A DNA stretch of 64,000 nucleotides from Dictyostelium discoideum (GCA_000004695.1 CM000151.3:4672001-4736000), one strand, 5' to 3'; counted from the first letter of the stretch, positions 27,787-40,729 are shown. Program-made: numbers and translations. Notes: a model not told the origin generated them from the letters alone.

Positions 27787-28859
27787 AATAAATAGTATTT
27801 TATGAAACAATTGAAGATGAATTATTATGTATTGCACATGAAAATGATGTTAGATTAGTATGGGGTACAACATTTCCAATTGAAAATCTTGGTAATTCAA
27901 GTTATATTGAAGAATGGATTCAAGAACAAATTGAAAAAGTTCAAAGTACATTTACAGATGGTTTAAATTTTGATGTTGAAAGTCCAATTACAGATCCAAC
28001 CATCGCTCAACAATATACAGAATTAGTATCAGCAACTAATAAAGCATTTAAAGCAATTAATCCATTCTATCAAATTTCAATCGATGTAGCATGGTCACCA
28101 TCATGCATTGATAAACGTTGTTATGATTATGCTGGTTTAGCTTCAAATTCCGATTTCCTTGTAGCAATGGACTATGATGAGAGAAGTCAAGTTTTTGGTG
28201 AGAAGGTGTGTACTGCTGGTGCAAATTCTTCACCCTCAAATGCCTTGGCTGGTATAAATAATTTTACTGATTTAGGTATTAGCACTGATCAATTGGTAAT
28301 GGGTTTACCATGGTATGGTTATATTTATAAGAATTGTTTAAATGGTGATGAAGCAGGTTTGGAAACTGTTGTTTGTCAAATTGAATCTGTACCATTTAGA
28401 GGTGCAAATTGTTCAGATGCAGCTGGTTCAGAATATGATTATAGTTATTTGGTTCAATTATTACAAGATCAAACTATAAACTCTTCTGCAGTTCAATGGA
28501 ATACTGAATGGCAATCACCTTATTTTAATTATATTGACCCTATAACTGGTAATGTTGATCAAGTTTGGTTTGATAATCCACAATCATTATCAATTAAAGT
28601 TCAATTAGCTCAAAAATTAAATTTAAGAGGTAAATATTTTTATTTTTTTTTGAAAAAAAAAAAAAAGATTATTTAAAAATATTCATTCCAACAATCTTTT
28701 TTTTTTTTTTTTTTTTTTTTTTTTCCAAAACTTATAGGTGTTGCAGTTTGGAATATTGATTTTTTAGATTTTTCAGATCAATACAATTCTCGTCCAATGT
28801 GGGATGCATTAGCTTCTTTTTTCCCACAATCAGCTTCAAGTGAACAATCATTAAATTAA
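27494..28859 (+). CDS. Glycoside hydrolase family 18 di-N-acetylchitobiase (CTBS) homologue, secreted or lysosomal; 3 exons: join(27494..27695, 27796..28629, 28738..28859)
   Basis: Signal peptide 'MRIILLLFLIVFVVAQS'. Collinear with human CTBS: 'CPCDSSYLCEPL' matches 'CPCPEPELCRPI'; 'WNQLTTLAIFYETIEDELLCIAHENDVRLVW' matches 'WSQITTVATFGKYDSELMCYAHSKGARVVL'; 'FDVAWSP..IDKRCYDYAGLA...DFLVAMDYDERSQ' matches 'FDVAWSPKNIDRRCYNYTGIA...DFLFVMSYDEQSQ'; 'LVMGLPWYGY.Y.C......VC.I..VPFRGANCSDAAG' matches 'LVMGVPWYGYDYTC.......C.IAKVPFRGAPCSDAAG'; 'QVWFDNPQSLSIK' matches 'QVWYDNPQSISLK'; 'LRGVAVWNIDFLDFS' matches 'LRGIGMWNANCLDYS'. Both introns start GTAAAT and are phase 1. Confidence 0.85.
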
Positions 28860-28981
28860 AAAAAAAAAACTTTAAAAAAAAAAAATTAATAAATATTTAA
28901 TTTGTATAAGAAGAACCTATTTATTTTATTATTATTTATTATATTATATTATATTATATTTTATTTTATTATTTATAAAAT

Positions 28982-30637
28982 TTAATTTGTATTTAATTTA
29001 TTAATAACAATTGCAGAGAATACACCAATATCCTCTTGTTGATAAGAATCATTACCAGTATATTCTTGTGGTCTACTTAAGAGACATCTTAAATTACCAT
29101 ATTTAGAACCACAAAATAATATTGTGTGAGGTGTTACTTTATTATTTTTACTTTTATCAGGTTCATTCATAGTTTTATTTGAAACCTTTTCAATGATTAA
29201 TTGATTATCACCTCTATTATTAATTAAGAAGGTAAAAACTTGAACTCTTTCACTGCCAAAATAATTTTTAATTTCATTCCAAATCAAAAGATCTAAACCT
29301 TTCAAATGATTTTCATTAACATTTGATTTATAAAGATGAGAAAGGAATATACCACAATTTACTGATCTTTCATTGATTACATTTTCAAAAATTGAAATCA
29401 TCTTTTGTAAATGTTTTTTATTGGCCTTGATTGAACAATCTTTTTCAGATTCATTCTTATTTTGATAATTTAAAGTTAAGAATTTATCTTTTTCAGAATA
29501 TTCGGTTGGTTCATTTCTATATTCAAAGAAATCATCCATTCTTTTAAAAGTTATAAGTGGTTCATTTTCTTTTCTTTCTTCATTAATAAATAGAATATTA
29601 AATTGTAATACAATTCTAACACCTTTGGTAACTGGAGTAACCGTATGAATACAATCATTATAGAATGCAATCCATTTGAAATCGATTGAATCTTGTAGTT
29701 TATTATCATTTGCTTCAATTTTATAATTAATGGTTGTTTGATCGAATGTATCATTTTCAGAGATTATAAATTCACCACCTTCATATGTATCAACACCTAA
29801 TGGAACAATATAGGTACCAATATGATTTTTAGAATGAATGGTATCGATATGTGGTTGAAAATGACCACCTTCATTATAAATATGAATTTTATATAATTCA
29901 AGATCATAGTTTGTTTTCTTATAAAAGAATTGATTTTCTTTTAATGGATGTTTGAAATCAAATTGATTCATTACTTTATAATCTTTATAATTTTCTGCTT
30001 TTTCTTGGAAAAATGGTACTTTAACTCTATTACCTTCAATATGATAACCTTTTCTAATGTTTTCATCGTAAACTGTGTCAACACCATTTCCAAAACTTGA
30101 TTTCTTTGAAAAACTTTGAATTAAATTTAAATCTGGTTCAAAAATTGTACCACATTCTTTATCATCAATATAAATGTTAAAATCATAATTAACTTCATTT
30201 TCATTTTTAAAAGTTTTCACTTTTTTAAAATCTTTACTTGCTTTTGGATCCTTTGGATGATAATTTTCATTAAAACGAATTGTTTCCTTTGGTATTTTAT
30301 AAGTGCCAGTTAGCAATGATGGAACATCTAATGATGAATAATAAAAACTAATGTCTTTATTTTCTTCGACTCTATAACCAGTTTCATGGTTACTATTAAA
30401 TAATGAATGAATCTTATCTCTAACTTTTAAATATGAATAAATGTAATCATCACCTTTGAAAATATAATCATCTAATTGTAATTTTGGTAATATAAATAAA
30501 TTCCAACTTTTACAAACCAATGAGATTTTACAATAAAAATCAAATTGTTTACCTTCATAAAATGATTCTTGGATTGATAATTTCAAAATTTTTACAAATA
30601 TTAAATTTGGAAAACAAATTGATTTATTATTATTCAT
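28982..30637 (-). CDS. F-box protein with a C-terminal-half 2-oxoglutarate/Fe(II)-dependent dioxygenase domain of the prolyl-4-hydroxylase (P4Hc) type; single exon, 551 aa
   Basis: N-terminal F-box-like motif 'CFPNLIFVKILKLSIQESFYEGKQFDFYCKISLVCKSWNLFILPKL', with the pattern LP-x-[EL]-[IL]-x-x-x-I-L...VCK-x-W. Oxygenase core 'YNEGGHFQPHIDT...GTYIVPLGVDTYEGGEFII' shows the H-x-D metal-binding dyad and the GGE[TF] motif; the distal His and 2OG-binding Arg are 'DCIHTVTPVTKGVRIVLQF'. Confidence 0.65.
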   Translation of the reverse strand: MNNNKSICFPNLIFVKILKLSIQESFYEGKQFDFYCKISLVCKSWNLFILPKLQLDDYIFKGDDYIYSYLKVRDKIHSLFNSNHETGYRVEENKDISFYYSSLDVPSLLTGTYKIPKETIRFNENYHPKDPKASKDFKKVKTFKNENEVNYDFNIYIDDKECGTIFEPDLNLIQSFSKKSSFGNGVDTVYDENIRKGYHIEGNRVKVPFFQEKAENYKDYKVMNQFDFKHPLKENQFFYKKTNYDLELYKIHIYNEGGHFQPHIDTIHSKNHIGTYIVPLGVDTYEGGEFIISENDTFDQTTINYKIEANDNKLQDSIDFKWIAFYNDCIHTVTPVTKGVRIVLQFNILFINEERKENEPLITFKRMDDFFEYRNEPTEYSEKDKFLTLNYQNKNESEKDCSIKANKKHLQKMISIFENVINERSVNCGIFLSHLYKSNVNENHLKGLDLLIWNEIKNYFGSERVQVFTFLINNRGDNQLIIEKVSNKTMNEPDKSKNNKVTPHTILFCGSKYGNLRCLLSRPQEYTGNDSYQQEDIGVFSAIVINKLNTN

Positions 30638-31191
30638 TATTAATTTATTAATTTAATAATTATTATTATTATTATTTTTTTTTTTTTTATATTACTGCTT
30701 TTTTTTTTTTATGTTATTGTTACTTTTATTTTAATTAATTTAATTATTACTTTTAAAATTATTGTTGGTTTGATTTCTATATTTATCTTTTATTATTCAA
30801 AAAAGTTAATATGAAATGAAAAAAAAAAATTAAAAAAAATTGCTTAAAAATAAAAAAAAAAAACACTGTTGAAAAATCAATAGACATGAAAAATCCAAGA
30901 TATTTCCGACTTTGGGGATTTTTTCTGTTTATTTTTTTATTTTTATTTTTTTATAATTTATTTATTTCTAAATTAAATATAGGGAAAAATCTTATAAATT
31001 AAATTAAAATTATTTTTAATATTTTTTATTGTGTATAATTTAAATAAGTCAACTTTTGGTTGGATTAGCCCGAGATTTGACTTTTTTTAATATAGTTTTT
31101 GTAAACTTGTTTTTTTTTTAAAATTTTTTTTTTTAATTATTTTTTTATTTATTTATTAAATGTTTTTAAAAGAAAATTATTATTTTTATAA

Positions 31192-34100
31192 TTATTCAAA
31201 TAAATTTTCATTTTCAGGTTGATTTTCTTCATCATCATTTGCTGAAGGAGCCATTTGAGTCCAATTTTGGAAATGAGCAGGTCTATGAGATTCATCATAA
31301 AAGTTTTTAGGATAATCTAATTTCAAACCATAGGTCATATTTGTGGAATGTTTAACACCCATGAAATTATAATTCCAAGAACCACGATCAGGTACCATAT
31401 AGAAACCAAGGAAACGATCGGATAATAACATTTGAACCTTCTCATAGAATTGTGGTTGATAACCTTGATAATTGAGAGAATCTTTATTATTTTTACCCCA
31501 TTCAAAACCACTTGGAGTCAAATGGTAAGCAGTTAGAGTACAAGGCCAAGCCACAGAGACAGAGATGATAACAGTTTTCTCACCATCCCAACTCTTATTG
31601 TCAGACATAATCTTTGAATGAGTGATAACATCTTGTGGTGATAGTTGTGGTAATTCAGTTGGTTGAGTGTGAATCCAACCCAATGGTTCTAAATCTTTGA
31701 GATATTCATGTTCTGGTAATTGATTTGGTACGGTTACATGAACTGGTGTACCCCATTGTGGTGGCATTACAATACAACGAATTTCTTTTACTGATGGATT
31801 ATCGGGTGGTGAGATACCATAACAATAACCCATGATTTGAGTACGAAGATCGGCAATGGTAATGAATTTCTTTAAGATATTCTTTGGGAAAACATAAGTG
31901 AAACCACCAGTTTCTTTAGCGTTATCAGAGTTTACATAGATTTGATTGGTACGTAAATGAAGATTAGTTGCACTGATAGCACGTACACGCCAATCTGTTT
32001 TTGAAGAGAATACTTTTTGTTCATGTGGTGATGTAGCGGTTGTGATAATCTCTTCACCATGAATATTGGTTGAACGAACTGTAACGGCTGTTAAATGAGA
32101 TGCTTCTGTTTTTTGTTTTTCAATCTCTGCGATTTGATCTTCACGTTGTTGTGATGGTGCAGAAATTTCCATACCCAAAATGATATCTCTAATCTCTGAT
32201 TGAGTGAGCGAAGCAACGTTTACATTATTTCTTTTACCAAAATCTGCTAAAATCAAATCTTTCAATGAACCTTCAACGGTTAACCATTCTTGTTCTGTTA
32301 GAGTTGGCCAAATATGATGAGGTTGAGTGATAACATTTTTATTTGGTTTCAATATGATTTTAGTACGTTCTAAATTGACATGAAGTGCACGTAAGATTAG
32401 AATCAAACGAAGGAAAGCAGTGTAAGAATGAATTGTTGATAACCAATCATCATAGATATTGAAGAGTACCATCTTTGGTTCGGTTGCTTTCAAAATGAGA
32501 TCACCAAACTTCTCTACTTTCAAACAAGCTTGGAATGGTAATTGAAGTTCACTACCTTGAATGACGATATTTGGGAAATCTAAAAGATGTACCTCCAATG
32601 GATCCATCATACCTTTACGAGTGGCAATGATTTGTTTTGGTTGTTCTTCCACTGGTAAGGAACGAATTAATGCAGCAACCTCCTCGGCAGTCTTCCATTT
32701 TGCTAATTGACCTAAACGTTTTTGACCTAACCAAACATCGGTATGAATGATCTTGAGGAATAATTGACCAGTACGTGGATTGAAAATGAAAATTGCACCA
32801 TTGATTGGTTTAGTTGTTAAATTACCTTCAAAAGTTTTATGAATGGTTACACGATAAACATTGGAATCATCAACGAACCACATAATTTTATTACTAAATA
32901 ATTCACCAAAGTTTTGACTTGATAAGTAAGGTTCAGTTGGTTCGGATGAATATAATTGTAAACCTTTACGAATACGTTCACGTAGTACATAGAGTGCAGG
33001 ATTGGATTTCAAAATTTTTGCCATTGCTTTTTGAACCAAAGGTTTAACACCAAGGAACCAATTACCAAAGGAACTGTAGATATTGTAAGCCAAATCTAAA
33101 CCAATCAAACAACCAGTTGGTGATGGATACAATGACATACTATCGGTTGTATAATCCAAGAATTTGGCACGACTGTATCTCTCGATATCATGAGAATCGA
33201 AATCACCCCATTTCAATTGAACATCCAACCAATATTGAGTGGTGGTATTATCATAGGTATCACGATTATCATTTAACAATGATGGACGACTAACTTGCCA
33301 TTTATGAGTTGCACGTAAAAGAATATCAGCACATGATGAATTCATTTTATAAGATTTACGTGGATGAATTGCTTCTTTATTTACTACTGATATCTCTAGA
33401 TTATCCAATTCTTGATCGAAAACTTGACATAAATCCATTACTAATGATTCATGAATCTTTTGCCAAAGATGTGCACGGAAAATTTGAATCAATGAAATCT
33501 TTAGTGTTGGAATTTTACCATGCATGAAAATACCTGTTAAATCCAATTGAACTTGGAAACCAACATAAACATTCTTACGATTGATAGTTGGAGACCACCA
33601 AAGTGTGAAACGACGATTTGGAATTTGATTAAGACCTGAACGTTGAGCGTGTGTAAGTTTTTTATATTTCATAGACTCTTCGAAACCTGATGCTTTCTCC
33701 CAAAATAAACCTTCCCAAGTTGGGAAATAAGTACCTTTGAATAGAGTATGCTCTAGAATACCTTCAACACCACCCAATGCTTGAATGATATCTGTACGAT
33801 AATTATTAAGATTCCAAAGTTTACCATCATGACGTTGATTAGTCCACCAGAATGGATTATTCTTTAGGACTTGATATTGTTTCCAATCGGTTCTTACTCT
33901 CCAACCTTTATCATAAGCTAAAGTATGACGACTCTTTTGGAATAATGTATTGATACGTGGTATACCACGATCCCAACTATCTTCAAGATCCTCCAATGTA
34001 AGATTCTTATTTTGTGATTTAGCCTCTTCATATTTGATTGCATATTCTGCCCAAACACGTTGACTATCTTTAATTTCTTGTTCCCATGGTTGAATGTAAC

Positions 34101-37100
34101 GATAAAGATTTGGAATTAATTGATCTTCATCATGACTCATACCACTTGTGAAATGAGTTATACCAGTATCGGTTTGTTTTGAATATTTCAAATCCGATTG
34201 TGGAATCAATACATGACCCATACTTAACATACCTAAACCACCCAACTCCTTTGGTGTATAGAATACCACTGGTGGGAAACGATTTGGCATCTTACTATTC
34301 AATCCAATCTTTACACGAGTTTGAATTTTATTTTCACAACGCACTAAAATATCCAACATTTCACGAGTTGTAACCACCGCCTCACGATAATAAGTCATTA
34401 AACCAATCAATGCTGTATTCCATTTATTTACAATCTTTGTGAATGTTGTTGAACCACTTGCCATGAGGATCATACGAATACGATTTTCAAAACGTTCTTG
34501 TGATTCTGTATCGACCCTAAGGAATGCTTGAGCCGTACGTTCTTTGGTATTAACATTTTGAAGACTCCAAACTGCATCCTTTGGTGCCAATTGATCCAAG
34601 GGTGTACGACATTTTGGAAGTATACGAATATCGAAACCTGCCATATTCATCAATAGATTTGGATTATCTTTACTATAGACCGATACGAATGAATCCTCCC
34701 AATCAATGGTTGTCAATGAACGTGGTAATCTATTTTTAATTTGCCAAAATACTGCTCTACCCAAGTTAACATCATGTTTCATTAAACGCATACGACAATC
34801 ACGTGGCCAACATTTCTTATTGTTATAACCAACCACATTTTCATTGTTTGGATCTGGATGTTCTGACATATACTTTTGAATTAATTTTCTTGCTTCATCC
34901 GCTGTAAATTTATAGAGTACATGAATACGATCAACATAACGACTATACAAACGAATTGGATGGGCGGTTTCAGTTTGAACTGATGGGAATGTAAGGAATG
35001 AATTTGGTAAGTTTGGTGGTCCTGCAAGTGCTGATGCACGTTCTAAACCCAATACTAAAAGATCCAATACCAAACCATAATATTGGAAAATAAATGATGC
35101 AAATTGTAAACCTCTAATTAAACCATAAGAGTTGGTATGATTCATATCCTTATAGTTGATTACTACATTATTCTTACCAGACATATAATCGGCAATATTT
35201 TGATCAACAATTAAACGTAACAAACGATTCATCAAAGTTAAATCCATCTTTTCATAAACTTTACTAAATTGAGTCTCTAATAAAACAACACATTCACCTT
35301 GACTAGTCTCCCAAACTTGATCTAAATTATTAATACCTTGACACCATTTATGAATGAGTACAGGTGGTGGTTCATTATCGGATGGTTTAACCCAATTTGG
35401 AAAGAGTTGACGTTTATCTGCTTCATACCATAGATATTGATCCAAATAGGCATCGGTGATCTTTTCAAATGGATCTACATCATAGATTGGTACTAGATGA
35501 GTGTACATATCCATAAATTCAATACCAACCTCTTTAAAGGTACGTTGAGTGAGTAAATGTCTTTTGATACGAGCTAATGCATCATGAGGATTATCATAAG
35601 CTTGTTCAACCAATGATAACTCCTCACGTTGTGATTGATTTAAACGTGATTTAACACTGTATGCCTCTTTAAGACGTTCCAATGCCAATGTGAGAATTTT
35701 AATATCGTGTTTGTATGAAGTTTGAGGGAATGGAATCGCAGAGAATCTACGTTTCTCCAACCAATGAACAGTGGTGGTATAAATGGCAACAGCTTCCTCT
35801 GCCGATACGTATGGACCATCCTTTAGATAATTATGTTGACGTTCTTGTTCTGCCTTTAACCAAAGTCTAGTTAAACGACCCAAATTCTTTTTACTTGCAG
35901 TTTTATCGATGGTAGCACCACGTTTAATACGTTCACGATTGTAATGAGCTATATTTGTCCACCAATCTGCTTTTGATTTAACATAACGTAGAATCATATT
36001 CTCTATTGGTATTGGTAAACCTGGTACTTTCCATGGGATATTTGATTTCCAACATCTCCAAGCCTCTGAAAGATGTTGTAAGATAATACGTGATTTATTT
36101 GCTTTGATTCCTTCTGGCATCATATCGAGGATATCATGCATTACTGCTGCACGTAATTCATAATCGAAATGAGATTCAACACGTTGTTTAGTGACTGTTT
36201 TGGCCATACCTTTGGTTTGTCTACCTTCGAATTGTCTTGCCAATAGATTTCCAAGCCAACGTTCCAACAAAGGTACTATACCACGTAAAAAGAATAACCA
36301 AACTCTCCACATTGGTGCCCAAAAACCACAACCTGGACCTTTACCAACAGCGCCAGTATTGAAACGATAGTAGATTAAATGTTTCAAATCTTTACACATA
36401 CGAATTTGTCTCATTAAACGATACTTGTATTTATACATACCAGTCAATAGACCCAAATGACTAAATAAATATTGAATAGCATCTGCCAATTGAAAAGCAT
36501 CTGCATCACCTAATCTAAATTTCACATGAACATCAACCACCAATTTAGTTAAACGTAATATCTCTCTACACAAATGGAATGCATTACCAAATCTTGATTT
36601 CTTTCTCTCCTTTGTTGTTAGAGTTTTAATTGGTTTCAAATAGAAATTGTAATCCAAATGTAAATAATTCAAATTCTTTCTATGAATTAATAGATTTAAC
36701 ATATTGTAACCTTGACGACAAACTTGTAAACCTGCCTCTACCCAATCAATCTCTGTAGATTGAAAGAATTTAGTTGCTTTCAATGATTTAAATAAATTTC
36801 TTTTAGTTTGTGCTTTTGGTTTACGATGATGTAATTTATTCAATACATGACATTTCAATAACTTTTGATAACTAACTCTAACTTTAACTGGATGTTCACT
36901 TGGACAATGTTCTTTATACCATGATTTAACTAATGGAATATCCTCTGCTCTTCTAGTTGTACCTGATCTTAATGAAAATGGTCTTGGTGCCCAATATAAT
37001 TGTATACCATTTGCTAAATTATCATGTTCAATCTCTGTTTTTGATAATATTGTTTCAATTTCTTCTGGTAATTGAAATTCATCATCTTCTGTACCATCTT

Positions 37101-38497
37101 TATTAAAAAAAAAATAAAAAAATAAAAAAATAAAAAAAAAAAATAATAATTTAAATTAGTATATGTATATATATTAATAATTTATCTTTAATTAAACTTA
37201 CATTCAGATTGTTCATTTTTATTACCACTTGTTTTATATGATGGAATTGGATTTAATGCAGCACCAAAATAAAAACCAGGTAAATCTGGTGAATCATTTT
37301 TAATATAACAATTATTTGGAGTATGATAAGTTGGTGTTTTAACTTTACGTGGTCTACTATTGTATAGATATGGGAATGCAATTTTATATTCTGTTCTAAT
37401 CTTATTTCTAATAATCACTTTATTGATATCATTGAATTCATTCCAATCTTCATCATCATCATCAACATCCCTAAATAATGGTTCAAACTTTGGTCCACCT
37501 GGTATTGCCATATTCAATGCTTTTGATGTGAAAAAACTATTATCATCAAATAAATAAAAATAATTACTATCTGTTAAATCACTTAATAATGGTGATGCCA
37601 ATCTAAATAATGTTGACATAATTGGTAAATTTAATCTCCATTTTCTAAAATTTATAAATTTAAAAAAAAAAAATAAAAAAATAAAAAAAAATTAGTAAAA
37701 ATTATTTAAAAATAAAGTGTGTGTATGTATGTATTTTTATATATTAAAAATTTACCTATAACTTGAACCATTTACAAATTTTGTATTAACTAATGGTTTT
37801 GAATCATATAACCAATCTATTACTTCAGAATCATCATTTTCATCTAATTCCATTTGAATTGGATCTTCAACTTCATTATCTAAAATGTTATCAGAGTAAT
37901 CTAATGGTGGTTCTTCATCATCGAATAATGGGAATTTCATACGACGAAAATGGGTACGATCCCTTTTCTCTCTTCTCATTGTAACCCACATAGTTGCCCA
38001 TTGTGCAATATAGATTGGTTCAATTACGAATGGTATTTCATTTACAAATGTGATTGCACCTGATAAATGATATAATACTTTAACATATTTAACTTGTTCC
38101 CATGGCATTGGTATATTCTCTAAAAGTTTTAAAATTGCATGTGGCATATATTTCAATGCTCCTAAATAAACACGTTTATCATCTCTAAACCTTCTATTTG
38201 ACATATCACCATGATCTTTTATAATCTTTCTTAAATGCTCTGGAGGCATATCCTCTTTTCTAATCTCTACAGCTCCAAATTTTCTTTTTTCACTATATTT
38301 TTTATTATTTAATTGAATCCATTTTTTTGCTATAATTTTTTTAATAAAAAAAACAAAAAAAATAAAAAAAAATTAGTAATTTTCCAATTAAAGAATTAAT
38401 AAAAAAAAAAAAATATAATAAAAATAAAAAATTTACCTTTTTCTTCTAAATGTTGTGATTCATTTGATTGATTAATATTACTATTAGTATCATCCAT
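31192..38497 (-). CDS. prpf8: Pre-mRNA-processing splicing factor 8 (Prp8, U5 snRNP), about 2330 aa; 4 exons: join(38497..38437, 38329..37756, 37644..37193, 37097..31192) on the - strand
   Basis: Near-collinear identity with human PRPF8 across the whole length, for example '[52 protein letters not shown]', '[45 protein letters not shown]', '[31 protein letters not shown]', and the C-terminal MPN/JAB domain ending '[19 protein letters not shown]'. Introns 1-3 start GTAAAT, GTAAAT and GTAAGT and end in AG. Exon junctions reconstruct '[36 protein letters not shown]', '[22 protein letters not shown]' and '[18 protein letters not shown]', which track human '[33 protein letters not shown]', '[22 protein letters not shown]' and 'PDDDEEFELPEF'. 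Confidence 0.93.
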
Positions 38498-38806
38498 TTA
38501 TTTTATATTAATAAATAAATAGAGTTTATTTAAATATTAAAAAAAAATAATTTGGTGATCCTCTGAAAAAGTGAATGAAAATGAAAAAAAAAAAAAAAAT
38601 TTAAAAAAAAAAAAATGTGAAAAAAAAAAGCATTCTTTTTCAATTGTCGAAATTTTTTAAAGCGCACAAATTTGGAGGCCCTATATATATTTTATTAAGT
38701 TTTTTTTTTTTTTTTTTTTTTTCCCTTAATCGTACAGTAATTGAATAATTTTATTCAAATGTTTTTTTTTTTTTTTTTTTTTTTTTCCTTTATTAGTGCG
38801 CGATAT

Positions 38807-39154
38807 TTAGATTGAAACTACAATTTTTATTGGACTTTTGATAGTTTTAACATATTCGATTTTATATCTTAATGATTCTGATTCCAAAGTAAGAACTTTA
38901 ACTTTATCATTTAAAATTTCAACCATTGTTTTACTACTGATACTATCAATTACATTATTTATAACTTTTAATTCATATTCATTTTGAGCCAATAAATTTT
39001 TCAAACCAACACTTTTCATAAACACAATTTGAGAGAATGAGAATGCAAATCCTGGTCTTATTTTAGTTGTTTTCAAATAACCTAAACAATTTACATATCT
39101 ATAATCATTTACATCTACATTTTGTTCAATTAAATCATTTAAATACTAATAATA

Positions 39155-39201
<47 letters not shown>

Positions 39202-39396
39202 AAAATTAAAATTAAAATTATGTATTATTATTATTATTAATAAAAATAAAAAAAAAAATTTTAATAAAATAAATACACAAAAATGATTGTAATAAATATC
39301 TCTTAAAAGGGTGATTTCAATTGAAACTTTTGAAGGAAAACTCTTTAAAACTTTTGGTGATAATGAAGAAGTATTATTATTTGAATTTGCTTTCAT
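38807..39396 (-). CDS. Small hypothetical protein, 152 aa, 2 exons: join(39396..39277, 39145..38807) on the - strand; function unknown
   Basis: Exon 1 'MKANSNNNTSSLSPKVLKSFPSKVSIEITLLRDIYYNHFC' ends at a GTATTT donor. A 131-nt AT-rich intron ends TATTATTAG. Exon 2 continues in phase 0: 'YLNDLIEQNVDVNDYRYVNCLGYLKTTKIRPGFAFSFSQIVFMKSVGLKNLLAQNEYELKVINNVIDSISSKTMVEILNDKVKVLTLESESLRYKIEYVKTIKSPIKIVVSI'. No family recognised. The start could instead be the upstream ATG at 39420. Confidence 0.45.
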
Positions 39397-40729
39397 TTTT
39401 TTTTTTTTTTTTATAAACACTATTTTTATTGTTGTTGTTGTTGCTGTTGAAATGAATAAAAAAATAAAAAAAAAATCATTTTATAGATCTCCCTTTATGG
39501 AAATGGAAATTTTTGTTTTTTGTTTTGCCACTGACACTGACACCATATGGTTTTTTTATTTGGATTTTTTTTTTAATTTTTATTTTTATTTTTATTTCAA
39601 AAAAAAAAAAAATTTCAAAAAAATAAAAAAATGATTTGTCCCATAAAAAAGTGATCAAAACTTTATTTATATATCAAAATTTGTTTTAAATTTATTCTTT
39701 ACTGAAAGTCCTGCGTATCCCATTTGAGTACCATGTTGTTGTTTGTCATCATCAATATGCCCTCGACGCAGAGAGATTAAATGAACCTTTTTGCTATACT
39801 TATTTTCTCGAAATTCGTTGTTGATTTATAAGTGCGTCCTGGTTCTTACAACAATTAAATATTAAAATAATTTAAATGAAAAAAAAAAAAAAACATAAAT
39901 AATAAGTATTTATAGAGTTGGTGAAAAGTAATTTATGCGGAGCTGGTCCTTTTTTATTTTCTGTGCGACTTTCCTTATAAAAAAATCACCAAAAGCCTCA
40001 GTGACCTTGGTTGAGGGAGCAGTGTTTAAATAAAAAATAAAAGTAAAAAAAAAAAAAAAAGAGTTGACATGTGCCTCATAAAATTACTTTTCACCTAATG
40101 CTGAAATTTTTTTATCCAACCAACCATAATCTTGGTCAGACTTCGAATAAACAATCTTGGTTAGAAATATCAAAAAAAAATAAATAAATAAAAAAATAAA
40201 ATCGTAAAAGAAATTATATTTTTAAAATTATTTGTTTTTAATTTTTATTTATTAATTATTTATTAATTTTTAATTTTTTTTTTTTTTTTTTTTGATACTA
40301 TTTTTTTTTAAAAAAAAAAAAAAAAGATATTATTTCTTAACAGTTTTAAAAAATTAGGAATTTGTGTGAGCGGTTTGGGAAAAAAGCATAACACATCTCG
40401 GTGCTTTTAAGAAATTTAATATCTTTATTGGAAATTTTTTATTTTTATTTTTTTTTTTCACTAATCGATTGCAGATTTTTTGGGTTAAAATTTTACCGAT
40501 GGAATTTTATTTTTTTTTATTTTTTTTTTATTTTTTTTTTTATTTTTTTTTTTAATAATTCGACGCTTTTGATTTTTTAGTTTTCATCATACCCTCAACT
40601 GTGATCAACCTATGAATTTGGTCAGCGCTGATTTCTTAAAAAATAAAAAAAAAATAATAATAATCATAAAATCCAAAAAAAAAAAAAAAAAAAATCTAAC
40701 CAAATTTTTTTTTTTTTTTTTTTGGGAAA

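Noticed and set aside
28815-28825. DUSE-like motif 'TCCCACAA' (upstream element of Dictyostelium ncRNA genes)
   Set aside because: It lies inside the last coding exon of the chitobiase gene (codons F-F-P-Q). Nothing but AT-rich 3' flank follows within 60-100 bp, so this is a chance occurrence.
39700-39780. Box C/D snoRNA on the - strand (terminal stem CTGCGT/ACGCAG with internal TGATGA)
   Set aside because: No CTGA D box in the expected position adjacent to the 3' stem. It is folded into the broader ncRNA-candidate finding instead of being called.
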